Positions 1 through 9,465 of a stretch of 64,000 nucleotides of DNA are shown one piece after another (within the stretch, counting starts at the first letter, position 1; the number at the start of each line of letters is the position of its first letter). The stretch lies in contig OZ271854.1 of NCBI GenBank assembly GCA_965601925.1, positions 1,728,001 through 1,792,000 of the forward strand, given 5' to 3'. Under the pieces are notes generated by a model. It made no database searches and was not told the DNA's origin. It was given only the letters and a program-made list of their open reading frames with translations. The DNA comes from Alkalispirochaeta sp. (GTDB lineage: Bacteria > Spirochaetota > Spirochaetia > DSM-27196 > Alkalispirochaetaceae). The position numbers and the translations under genes are program-made.

Positions 1-553
1 TAGTCCCTCGGCGGTGGGGCCGTGGCTTCAGGGTGCACCGCCGTCTGCCGATACGGTTCGGCGAGACGTTGCGGTTCTTCTCGACGGCACATTTGCGAGC
101 TACTTCGACGGTCCGGTGGAGATCGCCCTTCCGGGTCTCGACGGTCAAAGTGGTTCCGACTCGGTCGGCGAGCTTGCGACCGACGGCATCGATGTGTTCA
201 CCGATCGCCACCGCACGTCCTCTATCGGCGAGGCGCGCGTGATCGTGGTAAGTGCCGCGGCGCTCACGACACCACAGATGCTCGACCCGCAGAGTAGAAC
301 GCCCAACGGAACATTTTTGATGAATGCGATCGACTATCTGAACGGGTCGCCGGGCTTTGCCGAGCTTCGCAGCAAGGGAATCGGCGTGCCGCGTCTGAGT
401 GTCGCCTCCCCGGCGGCGCGCATCGCCGCACGGTGGATCAATACGATCCTCGTTCCGGTGTCGGTGGTCGTCATGGGGAGCGTGGTGTGGGCGCGGCGGC
501 GCGTTCGTTCCCGGCGCATTCGAGCCATATTTGATACGAAAACCGAGGTATAA
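1..553 (+). CDS. GldG/ABC-type transport auxiliary component, C-terminal part (5' truncated by window edge)
   Basis: Frame is open from nt 2. NGTFLMNAIDYL...LRSK motif followed by a C-terminal TM helix and a basic tail; lies directly upstream of a DUF4340-like gene, as is typical. Confidence 0.7.
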   Translation, partial: SPSAVGPWLQGAPPSADTVRRDVAVLLDGTFASYFDGPVEIALPGLDGQSGSDSVGELATDGIDVFTDRHRTSSIGEARVIVVSAAALTTPQMLDPQSRTPNGTFLMNAIDYLNGSPGFAELRSKGIGVPRLSVASPAARIAARWINTILVPVSVVVMGSVVWARRRVRSRRIRAIFDTKTEV

Positions 554-555
554 CG

Positions 556-1515
556 ATGACGATACGGGCAATACCCAAGAAAACGCTTGTGTTCGCCGCA
601 TTGGCGCTCCTCCTGACGCTCATACTGGTGCTTCAAGAGACGGTACACCCGCGGCGCAATACGATACCCGTTCCGGCACTTCCCGACGATATCGACCGCG
701 TCACGATCGAAGACGGCGCGCGCTCGCTCAATGTATATCGCGACGGCGACACGTGGGTCGTCGGCGACGAGCGTTATCCCGGCGACGATGAGCCGGTAGT
801 CGGGCTTATCGAGGCGGTTCGGGCGATCGAGGACGCCGACGTTATCAGCTCTCGCGGTAACTATGAGGATTACGGGTTCGGCGAGAGCGACGGGAGAGCG
901 GTGCGGTTTTTTTCCGGCTCCGAGGAACCGCTGTCGATCCGGTTCGGTGAGGCTGCCTCGGCGGGGAGTCATGTGTACGCACGAGTCAATACGAGTCGCG
1001 AAGTCGTAATGCTGCCGCGCGCAATTGCCGACTTGCTATCGACGGATCCCGCTGATTTTCGCGAGCGCGTGATGGCGAGCATCGCCGAGGACGACGTCGT
1101 TAGAATCGCGATCGAGGCGCCCGAACACGGAGACGTCACGATCCAGCGCGTGCGACCCGGCGACAGCGATGAGGCTGTCGACGAAGACGACGCGGTTTGG
1201 GAGGCCGACTTGGACGAGGAGATCGCTTTAGGACGCTTTCAGAATCTTTTTCAGGAGCTCGCATCGCTGGAGGCTCAGGGTTTCCCCGAAGGCGACCGGG
1301 ACGGAGAACCGTTCGCGACTCTACGCGTCGACACCGCAGCGGGCGGCCCGATCGAGGTTGCGCTCTGGGCGCCGGACGAGGCGCGAAGCTTTCCGGTCCG
1401 CGTAAGCACAAGCGATTATGACTTCTTTGTTCCCGAGTGGCGGGCCAGGCGGCTCCTGTTGGGGTTGGAGCGGTATTTCACACCCTTTGACGAAGAACCC
1501 GAGCCCGGCGTATAA
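556..1515 (+). CDS. DUF4340-like membrane-anchored periplasmic protein
   Basis: N-terminal hydrophobic anchor, acidic body, W..(YP)D..V..L and YG-type motifs; GldG-like neighbour. Confidence 0.65.
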   Translation: MTIRAIPKKTLVFAALALLLTLILVLQETVHPRRNTIPVPALPDDIDRVTIEDGARSLNVYRDGDTWVVGDERYPGDDEPVVGLIEAVRAIEDADVISSRGNYEDYGFGESDGRAVRFFSGSEEPLSIRFGEAASAGSHVYARVNTSREVVMLPRAIADLLSTDPADFRERVMASIAEDDVVRIAIEAPEHGDVTIQRVRPGDSDEAVDEDDAVWEADLDEEIALGRFQNLFQELASLEAQGFPEGDRDGEPFATLRVDTAAGGPIEVALWAPDEARSFPVRVSTSDYDFFVPEWRARRLLLGLERYFTPFDEEPEPGV

Positions 1516-1545
1516 GCGCACCTTTTTTACGATAGCTGAACGCAC

Positions 1546-2862
1546 TCATCGATCGGCGCGGCGGACGAGTTCGTCCGCGCACCGAGTCGCTTCCGCGATA
1601 ATCTCCGCCTCGTCGCGGACGGCGCGATCCTCCATCACGATTCTGCCCGCGATGATCACCGTCTCGACTAACGAACCGTTCGCGGCGTAAGCGAGATTGC
1701 TTTCGATGTTATGCACCGGACGCACTTGGGGATGGTTGAGATCCACGACGATAAGATCGGCGGGCGAACCCTCGAATAGGTGGCCTCCGACCCCCCACGG
1801 TGAAAAGGCGTCGCTGTACTCACCGACCGCGAGGTTGACGACCGATGACGCGTCCAGGCGCGTCGAGTCGCCGAAATGGTGCTTTTGTAGGAGAGAGGCG
1901 AGTTTCATCTCCTCGAACATGTCGAGATTGTTGTTGCTTGCCACGCCGTCGGGGGCGAGCATCATCGGTATGCCGGCATCACGCAACGCCTTCCAGTCGA
2001 GTGCGCCCGAGGCGAGCTTCATATTGCTTGCCGGGTTGTACGCGATCGTCATACCACTCTCGGCGACGATCGCGCGCTCCGATGAGTCGAGCCACACTCC
2101 GTGCGCCGCGATGGATCGCGCACCGATGCGCTCGACGACGCCTAACGAGTCCAGCCACTGAAATGGCCGCATGCCGTGCGTTTCAAGGCACTCCGCGACC
2201 TCTCGTTCGGTTTCCGACATATGAATGTGAAACGCAAGCCCGCACTCTTGTGCACGCGTAGCGGCCCACGCGAGAAGCTCGCCGCTGCACGTGTAGATGC
2301 TGTGGGGCGCGATCGTCGCGAATATCGTGCCGTCGGAGCGCTCGTCTCCCAGTTCTTCGAGGAGACGGTCGACTGCGGCCATCGTCTCGCGGCGCCGCGT
2401 CGCATCGTCGAAGTCGAACAGGGCCAGACCGACTGCGGCGCGAAGGCCCGCGTCTGCGAACGCTTGCCATACTTGCGGCGCGCCGAAGTACATATCGTTG
2501 GCGAAGGTCGTTCCGCTCCGTATCATTTCCAGCGCCGCAAGTCGCGTTCCCCAATAAAAATCCTCACTCGCAAGGAGCCGCTCCGCCGGCCAGATTCGAT
2601 TCTGTAGCCACTCCTGCAAGTGCAAGTCGTCGCCGTATCCCCGGAGCAGCGTCATCGCGGCGTGGGTATGCCCGTTTTTCAGCCCCGCGAGAACGGCCCG
2701 GTTTTTCCCGCTTATGACGGTGGGTGCGCCGCTCGCGGCGGCGTCGAGCGCCCCGGTCGATGCGATGCGTTCGACGCGCCCTCCACGTATCAGTACATCG
2801 CGGTCTCGAAGTATACCGTCGCGGGTCAGTAAAAACGAGATGTCGCGTATAATGATATCCAT
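1546..2862 (-). CDS. mtaD: Metal-dependent amidohydrolase, MTA/SAH deaminase-like
   Basis: NGHTH metal motif, SGTTFANDMYF, APHSIYTC, HIHMSET, NPASNMKLASG, DGVASNNNLDMFEEMK. Confidence 0.8.
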   Translation of the reverse strand: MDIIIRDISFLLTRDGILRDRDVLIRGGRVERIASTGALDAAASGAPTVISGKNRAVLAGLKNGHTHAAMTLLRGYGDDLHLQEWLQNRIWPAERLLASEDFYWGTRLAALEMIRSGTTFANDMYFGAPQVWQAFADAGLRAAVGLALFDFDDATRRRETMAAVDRLLEELGDERSDGTIFATIAPHSIYTCSGELLAWAATRAQECGLAFHIHMSETEREVAECLETHGMRPFQWLDSLGVVERIGARSIAAHGVWLDSSERAIVAESGMTIAYNPASNMKLASGALDWKALRDAGIPMMLAPDGVASNNNLDMFEEMKLASLLQKHHFGDSTRLDASSVVNLAVGEYSDAFSPWGVGGHLFEGSPADLIVVDLNHPQVRPVHNIESNLAYAANGSLVETVIIAGRIVMEDRAVRDEAEIIAEATRCADELVRRADR

Positions 2863-2868
2863 AGAGGG

Positions 2869-2898
2869 ATTGTATCACCGCCCACAGCGCGCTACCAT
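2869..2898. promoter_or_regulatory. Overlapping divergent sigma70-type promoters for mtaD and the epimerase
   Basis: Minus strand: extended -10 TGaTACAAT (hexamer 2874-2869), 6 nt before ATG 2862. Plus strand: TTGTAT(2870-2875)-17 bp-TACCAT(2893-2898), 9 nt before ATG 2908. Confidence 0.6.
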
Positions 2899-2907
2899 GC
2901 CGGTCAT

Positions 2908-3897
2908 ATGAACATCATGATCACCGGCGTCGCCGGCTTTATCGGATCGAACTTAGCCGAACGCTTGGTCGAAGATGGGCACCTCGTCTACGGCATCGAT
3001 AACTTCGACCCGTACTACGATCGTCACATAAAAGAGCGTAATCTTTCCACCGTTATGAAGCGCACCGGCTTTCGATTTCACGAGGCTGATCTGCGCGACC
3101 CGCACACGCTGGCCGCGGTATTCGGCAACGCGGCCGAGGCCGACCACTCGATCGACGTCGTCGTCCATTTGGCTGCCAAGGCGGGGGTTCGACCGAGTAT
3201 CGAAGACCCTCAGTCGTATACAGTCGTGAACGTCGAAGGGACGGTCAATCTCCTCGAGGCGATGGTTGCAAGCGACGTACGCGACATGTTGTTTGCGTCG
3301 AGTTCATCGGTCTACGGCAACACGAAAGAGGTGCCGTTTCGCGAGGACGCGTGGGTCGACCATCCGATATCGCCCTACGCCGCCACGAAAAAGTCGTGCG
3401 AGCTCTTGTGTCACTCCTACAGTCACCTACACGGCATGCGCATCAGTGCGTTGCGCTTTTTTACGGTGTACGGACCGCGTCAACGACCCGATCTGGCGAT
3501 CGCCAAGTTCACCCGCCTCATCGAAGAGGGTCGACCGATTCCCGTATACGGCGACGGAAGTACGTGTCGGGACTACACCTACGTCGACGATACGATCGAC
3601 GGCATTGTCGGAAGTTTGTCGTGGCTTCGCGAACAGGAGTCGGGAGCGTGGGGTGTATTTAACTTGGGCGAGAGCAAAACGATCTCGCTTTCGACGTTAA
3701 TTTCGTCCCTCGAGGCGGCGCTTGGCAAACGAGCGGTCATCGACCGGCAGCCGATGCAACCCGGCGACGTCGATCGGACGTGGGCGGATATCTCGCGCGC
3801 CCATGACGCTTTTGGTTACGAGCCCTCCACCGAGTTGGAGGATGGACTTACACAATACGTTGAGTGGTATCGCAGGACCACTCGCGCGGAGGAATAA
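2908..3897 (+). CDS. NAD-dependent epimerase/dehydratase, UDP-glucuronate 4-epimerase-like
   Basis: TGVAGFIG, HLAAKAGVRPS, ASSSSVYG, YAATK, LRFFTVYGPRQRPDLA, QPGDV. Confidence 0.9.
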   Translation: MNIMITGVAGFIGSNLAERLVEDGHLVYGIDNFDPYYDRHIKERNLSTVMKRTGFRFHEADLRDPHTLAAVFGNAAEADHSIDVVVHLAAKAGVRPSIEDPQSYTVVNVEGTVNLLEAMVASDVRDMLFASSSSVYGNTKEVPFREDAWVDHPISPYAATKKSCELLCHSYSHLHGMRISALRFFTVYGPRQRPDLAIAKFTRLIEEGRPIPVYGDGSTCRDYTYVDDTIDGIVGSLSWLREQESGAWGVFNLGESKTISLSTLISSLEAALGKRAVIDRQPMQPGDVDRTWADISRAHDAFGYEPSTELEDGLTQYVEWYRRTTRAEE

Positions 3898-3902
3898 TAC
3901 TC

Positions 3903-5288
3903 ATGGCAAAAAGAATCACCGTACTCGGCACCGGGTACGTTGGGCTGGTAAGCTCGGTCGGGCTCGCCGACTTCGGAAATTCGGTCACCGGAGTGGACCT
4001 CCGCGCCGACATCGTGGACACGCTCAATCAAGGTCGACCTACGATTTACGAAATCGGTCTGGAGGATTATCTCCAGCGCAATCTCGACTCAGGTCGCCTG
4101 ACGTTCACGACCGACGGCGATACGGCGATAAAAGAGGCGGATATTGTGTTCTTTGCCGTCGGTACGCCGCCGAAAGAGGACGGCCACGCCGACCTCTCGC
4201 AAGTGGAGGCGGCCTCGCGGCAGGTCGCCGCTAACCTCAACGGGTATAAGGTGATCGTCACCAAAAGCACCGTCCCGGTCGGTACCAATCGGCGCATCCG
4301 CGACATCATCAGTGAGGCGAGCGGTAAGAAGCCGGGGGAGCACTTCTCCGTAGTGAGTAATCCCGAGTTCCTGCGGGAAGGGAAGGCCGTACAAGATTTC
4401 TTTCACCCCGATCGCGTCGTAATCGGGTGCGAGGGTGAGCGCGCGCGCGACTACATGGAAGATATCTACCGCGCCCTCTATCTCATTCAAACACCCTTCG
4501 TATGGTGTAACTTGGAGACGGCCGAGCTCATCAAATATGCGAGCAATGCCTTTCTGGCTACCAAAATTACCTTTATCAACCAGATGGCTAATTTGGCCGA
4601 GGCGGCCGGTGCGGATATCCATTTGGTCGCTCGAAGCATGGGCATGGACGGGCGCATCAGTCCAAAGTTTCTCCACCCCGGGCCGGGATACGGCGGGAGT
4701 TGCTTTCCCAAGGATACGAAGGCGATTGTCGCCACCGGGGACGAACGCGACGTCGACATGAGCGTTATTAAGGCGGTCATCGATGCCAATAAGCGCCAGA
4801 AGAAGATCACCGCGGAGAAGATGGTGAAGCTCATGGGGGGGAACGTCGACGGGAAGACCGTCGCGGTCCTGGGCCTTGCATTCAAGGCGGAGACCGACGA
4901 TGTGCGCGAGAGCCCGGCCATCGATATCGTCCAGGAGCTCTTGAGAAAAGGTGCGCACATTCGCGCATTCGACCCCGAGGCGATGGACAACTTCCGTTCA
5001 GCAGTCGTCGGCGAAGGTCCCTTCGGCGGTGACCTCGATCCGGCATTGCGCGACGAGATTGCCACCGCGGCGTTGGAACGTCTCGAGTACTGTAGCGACG
5101 AGTTTTCCGCCCTTCAGGAGGCGGACGCGCTCATCATCGTTACGGAGTGGAACGCTTTTCGAAATCTCAATCTCGATCGAGTCGTATCGCTCATGAGAGG
5201 GAAGACTATTTTCGACGCCCGCAACGTCCTCGATCCCGAGACGACACGCGGCTACGGATTTACGTACGCCGGCGTCGGGCGCGGATAA
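3903..5288 (+). CDS. ugd: UDP-glucose 6-dehydrogenase
   Basis: GTGYVG, KSTVPVG, SNPEFLREG, GYGGSCFPKD, GLAFK. Start set at ATG 3903 after the GGAGG SD. Confidence 0.93.
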   Translation: MAKRITVLGTGYVGLVSSVGLADFGNSVTGVDLRADIVDTLNQGRPTIYEIGLEDYLQRNLDSGRLTFTTDGDTAIKEADIVFFAVGTPPKEDGHADLSQVEAASRQVAANLNGYKVIVTKSTVPVGTNRRIRDIISEASGKKPGEHFSVVSNPEFLREGKAVQDFFHPDRVVIGCEGERARDYMEDIYRALYLIQTPFVWCNLETAELIKYASNAFLATKITFINQMANLAEAAGADIHLVARSMGMDGRISPKFLHPGPGYGGSCFPKDTKAIVATGDERDVDMSVIKAVIDANKRQKKITAEKMVKLMGGNVDGKTVAVLGLAFKAETDDVRESPAIDIVQELLRKGAHIRAFDPEAMDNFRSAVVGEGPFGGDLDPALRDEIATAALERLEYCSDEFSALQEADALIIVTEWNAFRNLNLDRVVSLMRGKTIFDARNVLDPETTRGYGFTYAGVGRG

Positions 5289-5355
5289 CAAGCTCTCGGG
5301 ACCGTGCCGCGGGGACTCGCGCCGCAAGCGAGCGGTGGAGGCGCGCGACGCTTCG

Positions 5356-6288
5356 TCAGCGTAGGTCTAAAAACTCGTCCGCCCGTACGAACGGTACGTG
5401 GCGGCACAGTTGCTCGAGGCGTTCCCCGGTGCGGTGAAGATTCACATAGTGTCGGAACGCGTAGCTGCGTCGGATACCCCGCACTCTGGGCTGGCCGGGG
5501 TCCACTTCCCACGGATGGAGATAGAATGTGCCTCCACCGCACCGTGAGAGCGATCGACGAAATCCCGATACGAAGAGTCGCGGCGGATAGAGGCGAAACC
5601 ACCCCCCGCCGCCCCACGGCACCGGTCGCCGTCCGATCCATACGGTCGTAATGGGCAGCTCGACGAGTCCGTTTGCGAGGGGAATCGAGGCGGCCGACGC
5701 TCCGGTGGCGGCGGCGCCTTCCGTCCCCGCCGGCCGGGCCATGTGGCGCCGCATATCGATCCGGCCGTATCGATCGTGGCCGGCGGCGGGAAACCAACTC
5801 GAATCGTACCGATACCCCGCTTGTGCCAGCGCGTCGAGCGCCTCGTCGGTAATCGAAAAACTCGGCGCACGATACCCTAAAACGGGTACACCGCTAATAT
5901 CTTCCAAGAGGTGCTTTGCCCGCACGATGTCGTCTCGAAACTCCGGCAGAGGCTGTTCGTAGATCAGTCGATGGTCGTAGCCGTGGCTTGCAATCTCATG
6001 ACCGCGAGTTGCGATTTCGCGAATGAGTGTCGGCTCGCGTTCGGCTATCCATCCGAGGCAAAAAAAGGTTCCACGTACACCCGTGCGTTCCAGGATATCC
6101 AAAATGCGATGCGTGTTGGCGACCACGCGTCGCGGCTGCGCGTCCCACGTATCGCGAGGTATCGCTCCTTTGAGGTTCTCTACTTGAAACCAGTCCTCGA
6201 CGTCGATGGACATCACCGCACGGGAGAGTCCGGGCGAGAGAGTGTGTCGATTCGACGGCAAACCCGCCGAGGGTTGATGGTCGGTCAC
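5356..6288 (-). CDS. Polysaccharide deacetylase (CE4, XrtA-system/DUF3473 type)
   Basis: SIDVEDWFQV, TFFCLGWIAER, HEIASHGYDH, GYRAPSFSI, GGGGWFRLYP, FYLHPWEVDP. Confidence 0.88.
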   Translation of the reverse strand: MTDHQPSAGLPSNRHTLSPGLSRAVMSIDVEDWFQVENLKGAIPRDTWDAQPRRVVANTHRILDILERTGVRGTFFCLGWIAEREPTLIREIATRGHEIASHGYDHRLIYEQPLPEFRDDIVRAKHLLEDISGVPVLGYRAPSFSITDEALDALAQAGYRYDSSWFPAAGHDRYGRIDMRRHMARPAGTEGAAATGASAASIPLANGLVELPITTVWIGRRPVPWGGGGWFRLYPPRLFVSGFRRSLSRCGGGTFYLHPWEVDPGQPRVRGIRRSYAFRHYVNLHRTGERLEQLCRHVPFVRADEFLDLR

Positions 6289-7148
6289 AGGAGTCTCCGC
6301 CCTCGTCGTCGGAACTCGCGCGCCTCCTCGCGCGTGGGCCAGGTGAAGTAGCTCCCCTCTTCATCCGGGAGCGGACTCGTCTCGACACCGGCGTCAACGA
6401 TACGGGTGAGGAGCGCCCACAGCGCTGCGGCCGACCGTATCTTGGTGGTACGCATGAGCTCCTCCAGACTCATTTCGGGAGTAATCGGCGTCACCTCTCG
6501 GACGAGAATGTCGCCGTGATCGAGATCCTCGACCATCCGGTGGATGGTGAGCACACTGCGTGTCTCTCCGTGGTAGAGTTGCCAAAAGTTGGGGAGCATT
6601 CCGCGATAGTGAGGGAGCGGCGCATTGTGCAGATTTATGCACCCCAACGGCGGCGTCGAGAGTACCTCCGCTTTGAATATTTGACTTGCGGACACCGACA
6701 CGACGAGATCGACCTTTTGATCGCGGAGAAATGTGCGAAACGCTTCGCCGTTTGCATCGTTTGGACGCGTGGTCCCGTGTTCAGGACTCGGCGGAAACGA
6801 GAGGAGCGGGACGTTCGCGCTCTTGCAGTACGCAGCCACCGTCGGCGCGAAGGGCCCCAGGAGGCGGAGCGCTTTTTTCCGCACATAGCGCGCGCCGACG
6901 CGCAAAAATCCAACCGTTCCGTAGAGCGACCAGATCCGTTTGGCGAGGCCGCGGGACGTACGATTTCCAAGGGCTTGCTGAATCATTACACCTTTGACCG
7001 CCACCGGCGCGGCTCCGGAATGCTCATCGATCGACGCGCGATATAGCCGAAAGAACTCGCGAAAAAAGAGCGGTATGTAGAAGGGGTCTTCCTGCGTGAC
7101 GATCGCGATGCGGATCGTGCGACGCTCCGCCGGTACGGCGTATCTCAC
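6285..7148 (-). CDS. Formyltransferase (N10-formyl-THF dependent, probably sugar/glycan-directed)
   Basis: CINLHNAPLPHYRG, TIHRM..DLDHGDIL. Probable GTG start at 7148, immediately after the upstream stop; 4-bp overlap with the deacetylase. Confidence 0.8.
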   Translation of the reverse strand: MRYAVPAERRTIRIAIVTQEDPFYIPLFFREFFRLYRASIDEHSGAAPVAVKGVMIQQALGNRTSRGLAKRIWSLYGTVGFLRVGARYVRKKALRLLGPFAPTVAAYCKSANVPLLSFPPSPEHGTTRPNDANGEAFRTFLRDQKVDLVVSVSASQIFKAEVLSTPPLGCINLHNAPLPHYRGMLPNFWQLYHGETRSVLTIHRMVEDLDHGDILVREVTPITPEMSLEELMRTTKIRSAAALWALLTRIVDAGVETSPLPDEEGSYFTWPTREEAREFRRRGRRLL

Positions 7149-7150
7149 CC

Positions 7151-8512
7151 CTATCGACCTCGCCCGCCGAGGATCGTCATGATCGTCTTCAGAATGATTT
7201 TGACGTCCAACACGAACGAAACATTCTTCACGTAATAGAGGTCGTAGGTGAGCTTTGTCGCCGAATCCTCTTCGCTGGCGCCGTAGCGATACTTCACCTG
7301 AGCCCATCCGGTGAGACCGGGCTTCACGAGGTGGCGCAAATGGTAGTGCGGAATGTTCTTTGACAACGTTGTGACAAACTCGGGGCGTTCCGGGCGCGGT
7401 CCGATGAAGCTCATCTCACCCTTGATCACATTGATGATCTGTGGAATCTCGTCCAAACGCGTGGCGCGAATGAAGCGTCCCACGGGCGTCACGCGCGGGT
7501 CGCGTTCCTGGGCCCATTGGGCCCCGTGTTTTTCCGCGTCGATGTACATGGAGCGAAACTTATACAGAGTGAACGGTTGGTCGTTGCGCCCGATTCGCGT
7601 CTGTGAGAACAGCGCCTTTCCGGGACTGGAAATACGAACGGCCAACGCCGTAAGCAACCCCAGTGGTAGAAAAATCGGTAGCAACGCTATGGCGGTAAGC
7701 AGGGCCACGACCCGCTTGATGATGTGATACCCCTTACTCGGACCCCTGTTGAGGTTCTCCAGAAACCACGTCTCTCTCGTGGCATAAATGGGAATCGACT
7801 CGTCGAAACGTTCCCAGAAGCCCGAGAGTTGGAAAAACTTGAGGCGAAACGGAATCAAGTCGTAGAGGTCGTTGTATACCGCGTAGTACCATCGATCACT
7901 AATGACTACCGTGTGAATGTGTTGTTCCCGTACCAGCTGCTTGAGTTCGGAGACCGAATCGATGATACGGATGGAACTCTCGCACAACCATTGGGGCAGC
8001 TCGGTAGTAGGCTCCCGAACGACGACGGCTACGCGAAATCCCTGCCGGCGTTTCGACTCGATTTTGTGCGCCAGCTCGACCGAGTGTTCGTCGCTCCCGA
8101 TGATCGCGACCGCGCGATGCCATCCGATGGTGTCTACCAGCCGACTGAACGCCAGCCGCCAGAGATAAAACAGGACGACGAATGCCGCAGTGACCAGCGC
8201 CAGATTACGACGCGGTGATATGTCGACGATTGAATCGAATGTGTAGAAGAGCATCGACGAAAGAGCCACGTTCGAAAGCATCGCATACAGAAAGTTTCGG
8301 TGATTGAACGGAGCATTAATGTCATATAATTCTAATATGTAGAATATAATGATCCACGTCGCAAAAATAACCGCAAACGGCCCCATATGCTGGTTGAAAC
8401 GCATGTCGCCGCCCTCGTGACCGTAGCGGAGGTACAAGATGAGCGAGAGGCTCGCAAACATTACGATGTAATCGCCAAGGGCGAGAAACGCTTTGAGAGT
8501 ATTGCGTCTCAT
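7151..8512 (-). CDS. Polyprenyl-phosphate glycosylphosphotransferase (WcaJ/WbaP family)
   Basis: Four N-terminal TM helices; KFRSM, DPRVTPVGRFIRATRLDEIPQ, GPRPERP, KPGLTGWAQV. Confidence 0.92.
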   Translation of the reverse strand: MRRNTLKAFLALGDYIVMFASLSLILYLRYGHEGGDMRFNQHMGPFAVIFATWIIIFYILELYDINAPFNHRNFLYAMLSNVALSSMLFYTFDSIVDISPRRNLALVTAAFVVLFYLWRLAFSRLVDTIGWHRAVAIIGSDEHSVELAHKIESKRRQGFRVAVVVREPTTELPQWLCESSIRIIDSVSELKQLVREQHIHTVVISDRWYYAVYNDLYDLIPFRLKFFQLSGFWERFDESIPIYATRETWFLENLNRGPSKGYHIIKRVVALLTAIALLPIFLPLGLLTALAVRISSPGKALFSQTRIGRNDQPFTLYKFRSMYIDAEKHGAQWAQERDPRVTPVGRFIRATRLDEIPQIINVIKGEMSFIGPRPERPEFVTTLSKNIPHYHLRHLVKPGLTGWAQVKYRYGASEEDSATKLTYDLYYVKNVSFVLDVKIILKTIMTILGGRGR

Positions 8513-8586
8513 GTACTAAGTTATCCTTTCCGCTAATCTACCCGACTTGATTGGCCCTCGCAACTGCGGATACACTTTTTGCATAC

Positions 8587-9408
8587 ATGAAAAATATCGT
8601 TCGATTCTACACCGTTTTTATCGTATGCATCGTCGGTATCGCGTTTCCCGACGTGGTACGTCCCGTCTCCTCCACGGTATTCGCTCAAACCCTGGACAGC
8701 TTGCTGGCGACACTTCCCGACGAACTGCGCGGCGAGCTCCTGGAGACCGGCCGCGTAAATCGCTACTTTGAGGACCATGACGACGCTCTGCTTGTTCCCG
8801 ACCACGCGTTGAGTCGCGTCGTGACCGATACGTTGTCACGGGAGCGGCCGAACGTCATCTCGGAGCAGATACTGTTACTTCGCACCGATGTGGGTCCCAA
8901 CGAGCGCCTTGATTTATACAACTCACTGCGCCGTGTGTCCACGCTGTCCCACATTCAGTATCACAACGAACGAAAAGACACGTGGCACGAGCTGTTTCAT
9001 CAGTCCTACGCCGTGGACGGTCCAAGTGAACGCCGTCAAATCGAAGATCCGGTCGTCCGGCGTATTCCCGACGACGACCGCGTGTGGGCACTGCAAGTGT
9101 TGCCGCCCTTTGGGACCGTACTGAGCGAATATCGCTACCGCTATGACGGGGAAGCATTTCTCTTCTCGGGCACGAATGAGGATCCGCTGTTCTATCGCAA
9201 CGTTCGTGTGGTCAGGCCCGGTAATATGACGACTTTCATCTTGGTCGTCCCCGGCGACGACTTTCTTCTCGTCTACGGACTCGGCGGTGTGCGCGCTTTC
9301 ATGATGTTCGGCCTCTTCGACGATCGGATCGAAGCGGCCTTCTCGGGTCGGACCGAAGGGCTGTTCCGGTGGTACGACGAGAATCACCTGAGCCGTCTCA
9401 GCCGGTAG
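8587..9408 (+). CDS. Secreted hypothetical protein (spirochaete DUF6675-like)
   Basis: Signal-peptide-like N-terminus from ATG 8587; long clean ORF; family assignment tentative. Confidence 0.6.
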   Translation: MKNIVRFYTVFIVCIVGIAFPDVVRPVSSTVFAQTLDSLLATLPDELRGELLETGRVNRYFEDHDDALLVPDHALSRVVTDTLSRERPNVISEQILLLRTDVGPNERLDLYNSLRRVSTLSHIQYHNERKDTWHELFHQSYAVDGPSERRQIEDPVVRRIPDDDRVWALQVLPPFGTVLSEYRYRYDGEAFLFSGTNEDPLFYRNVRVVRPGNMTTFILVVPGDDFLLVYGLGGVRAFMMFGLFDDRIEAAFSGRTEGLFRWYDENHLSRLSR

Positions 9409-9428
9409 TGCGGCGAACCCCGAACGTC

Positions 9429-9458
9429 TTGACCCCTCTTACCCGAGCTCCGTATGTT
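9429..9458 (+). promoter_or_regulatory. sigma70-type promoter giving leaderless lysA mRNA
   Basis: TTGACC(9429-9434)-18 bp-TATGTT(9453-9458), 7 nt before ATG 9466; no SD. Confidence 0.55.
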
Positions 9459-9465
9459 TCCAGAC

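Noticed and set aside
5000..5080. About 20-aa insertion in the Ugd C-terminal domain (GEGPFGGDLDPALRDEIA)
   Set aside because: In-frame insertion in a variable surface region with all catalytic motifs intact; no intein or repeat features.
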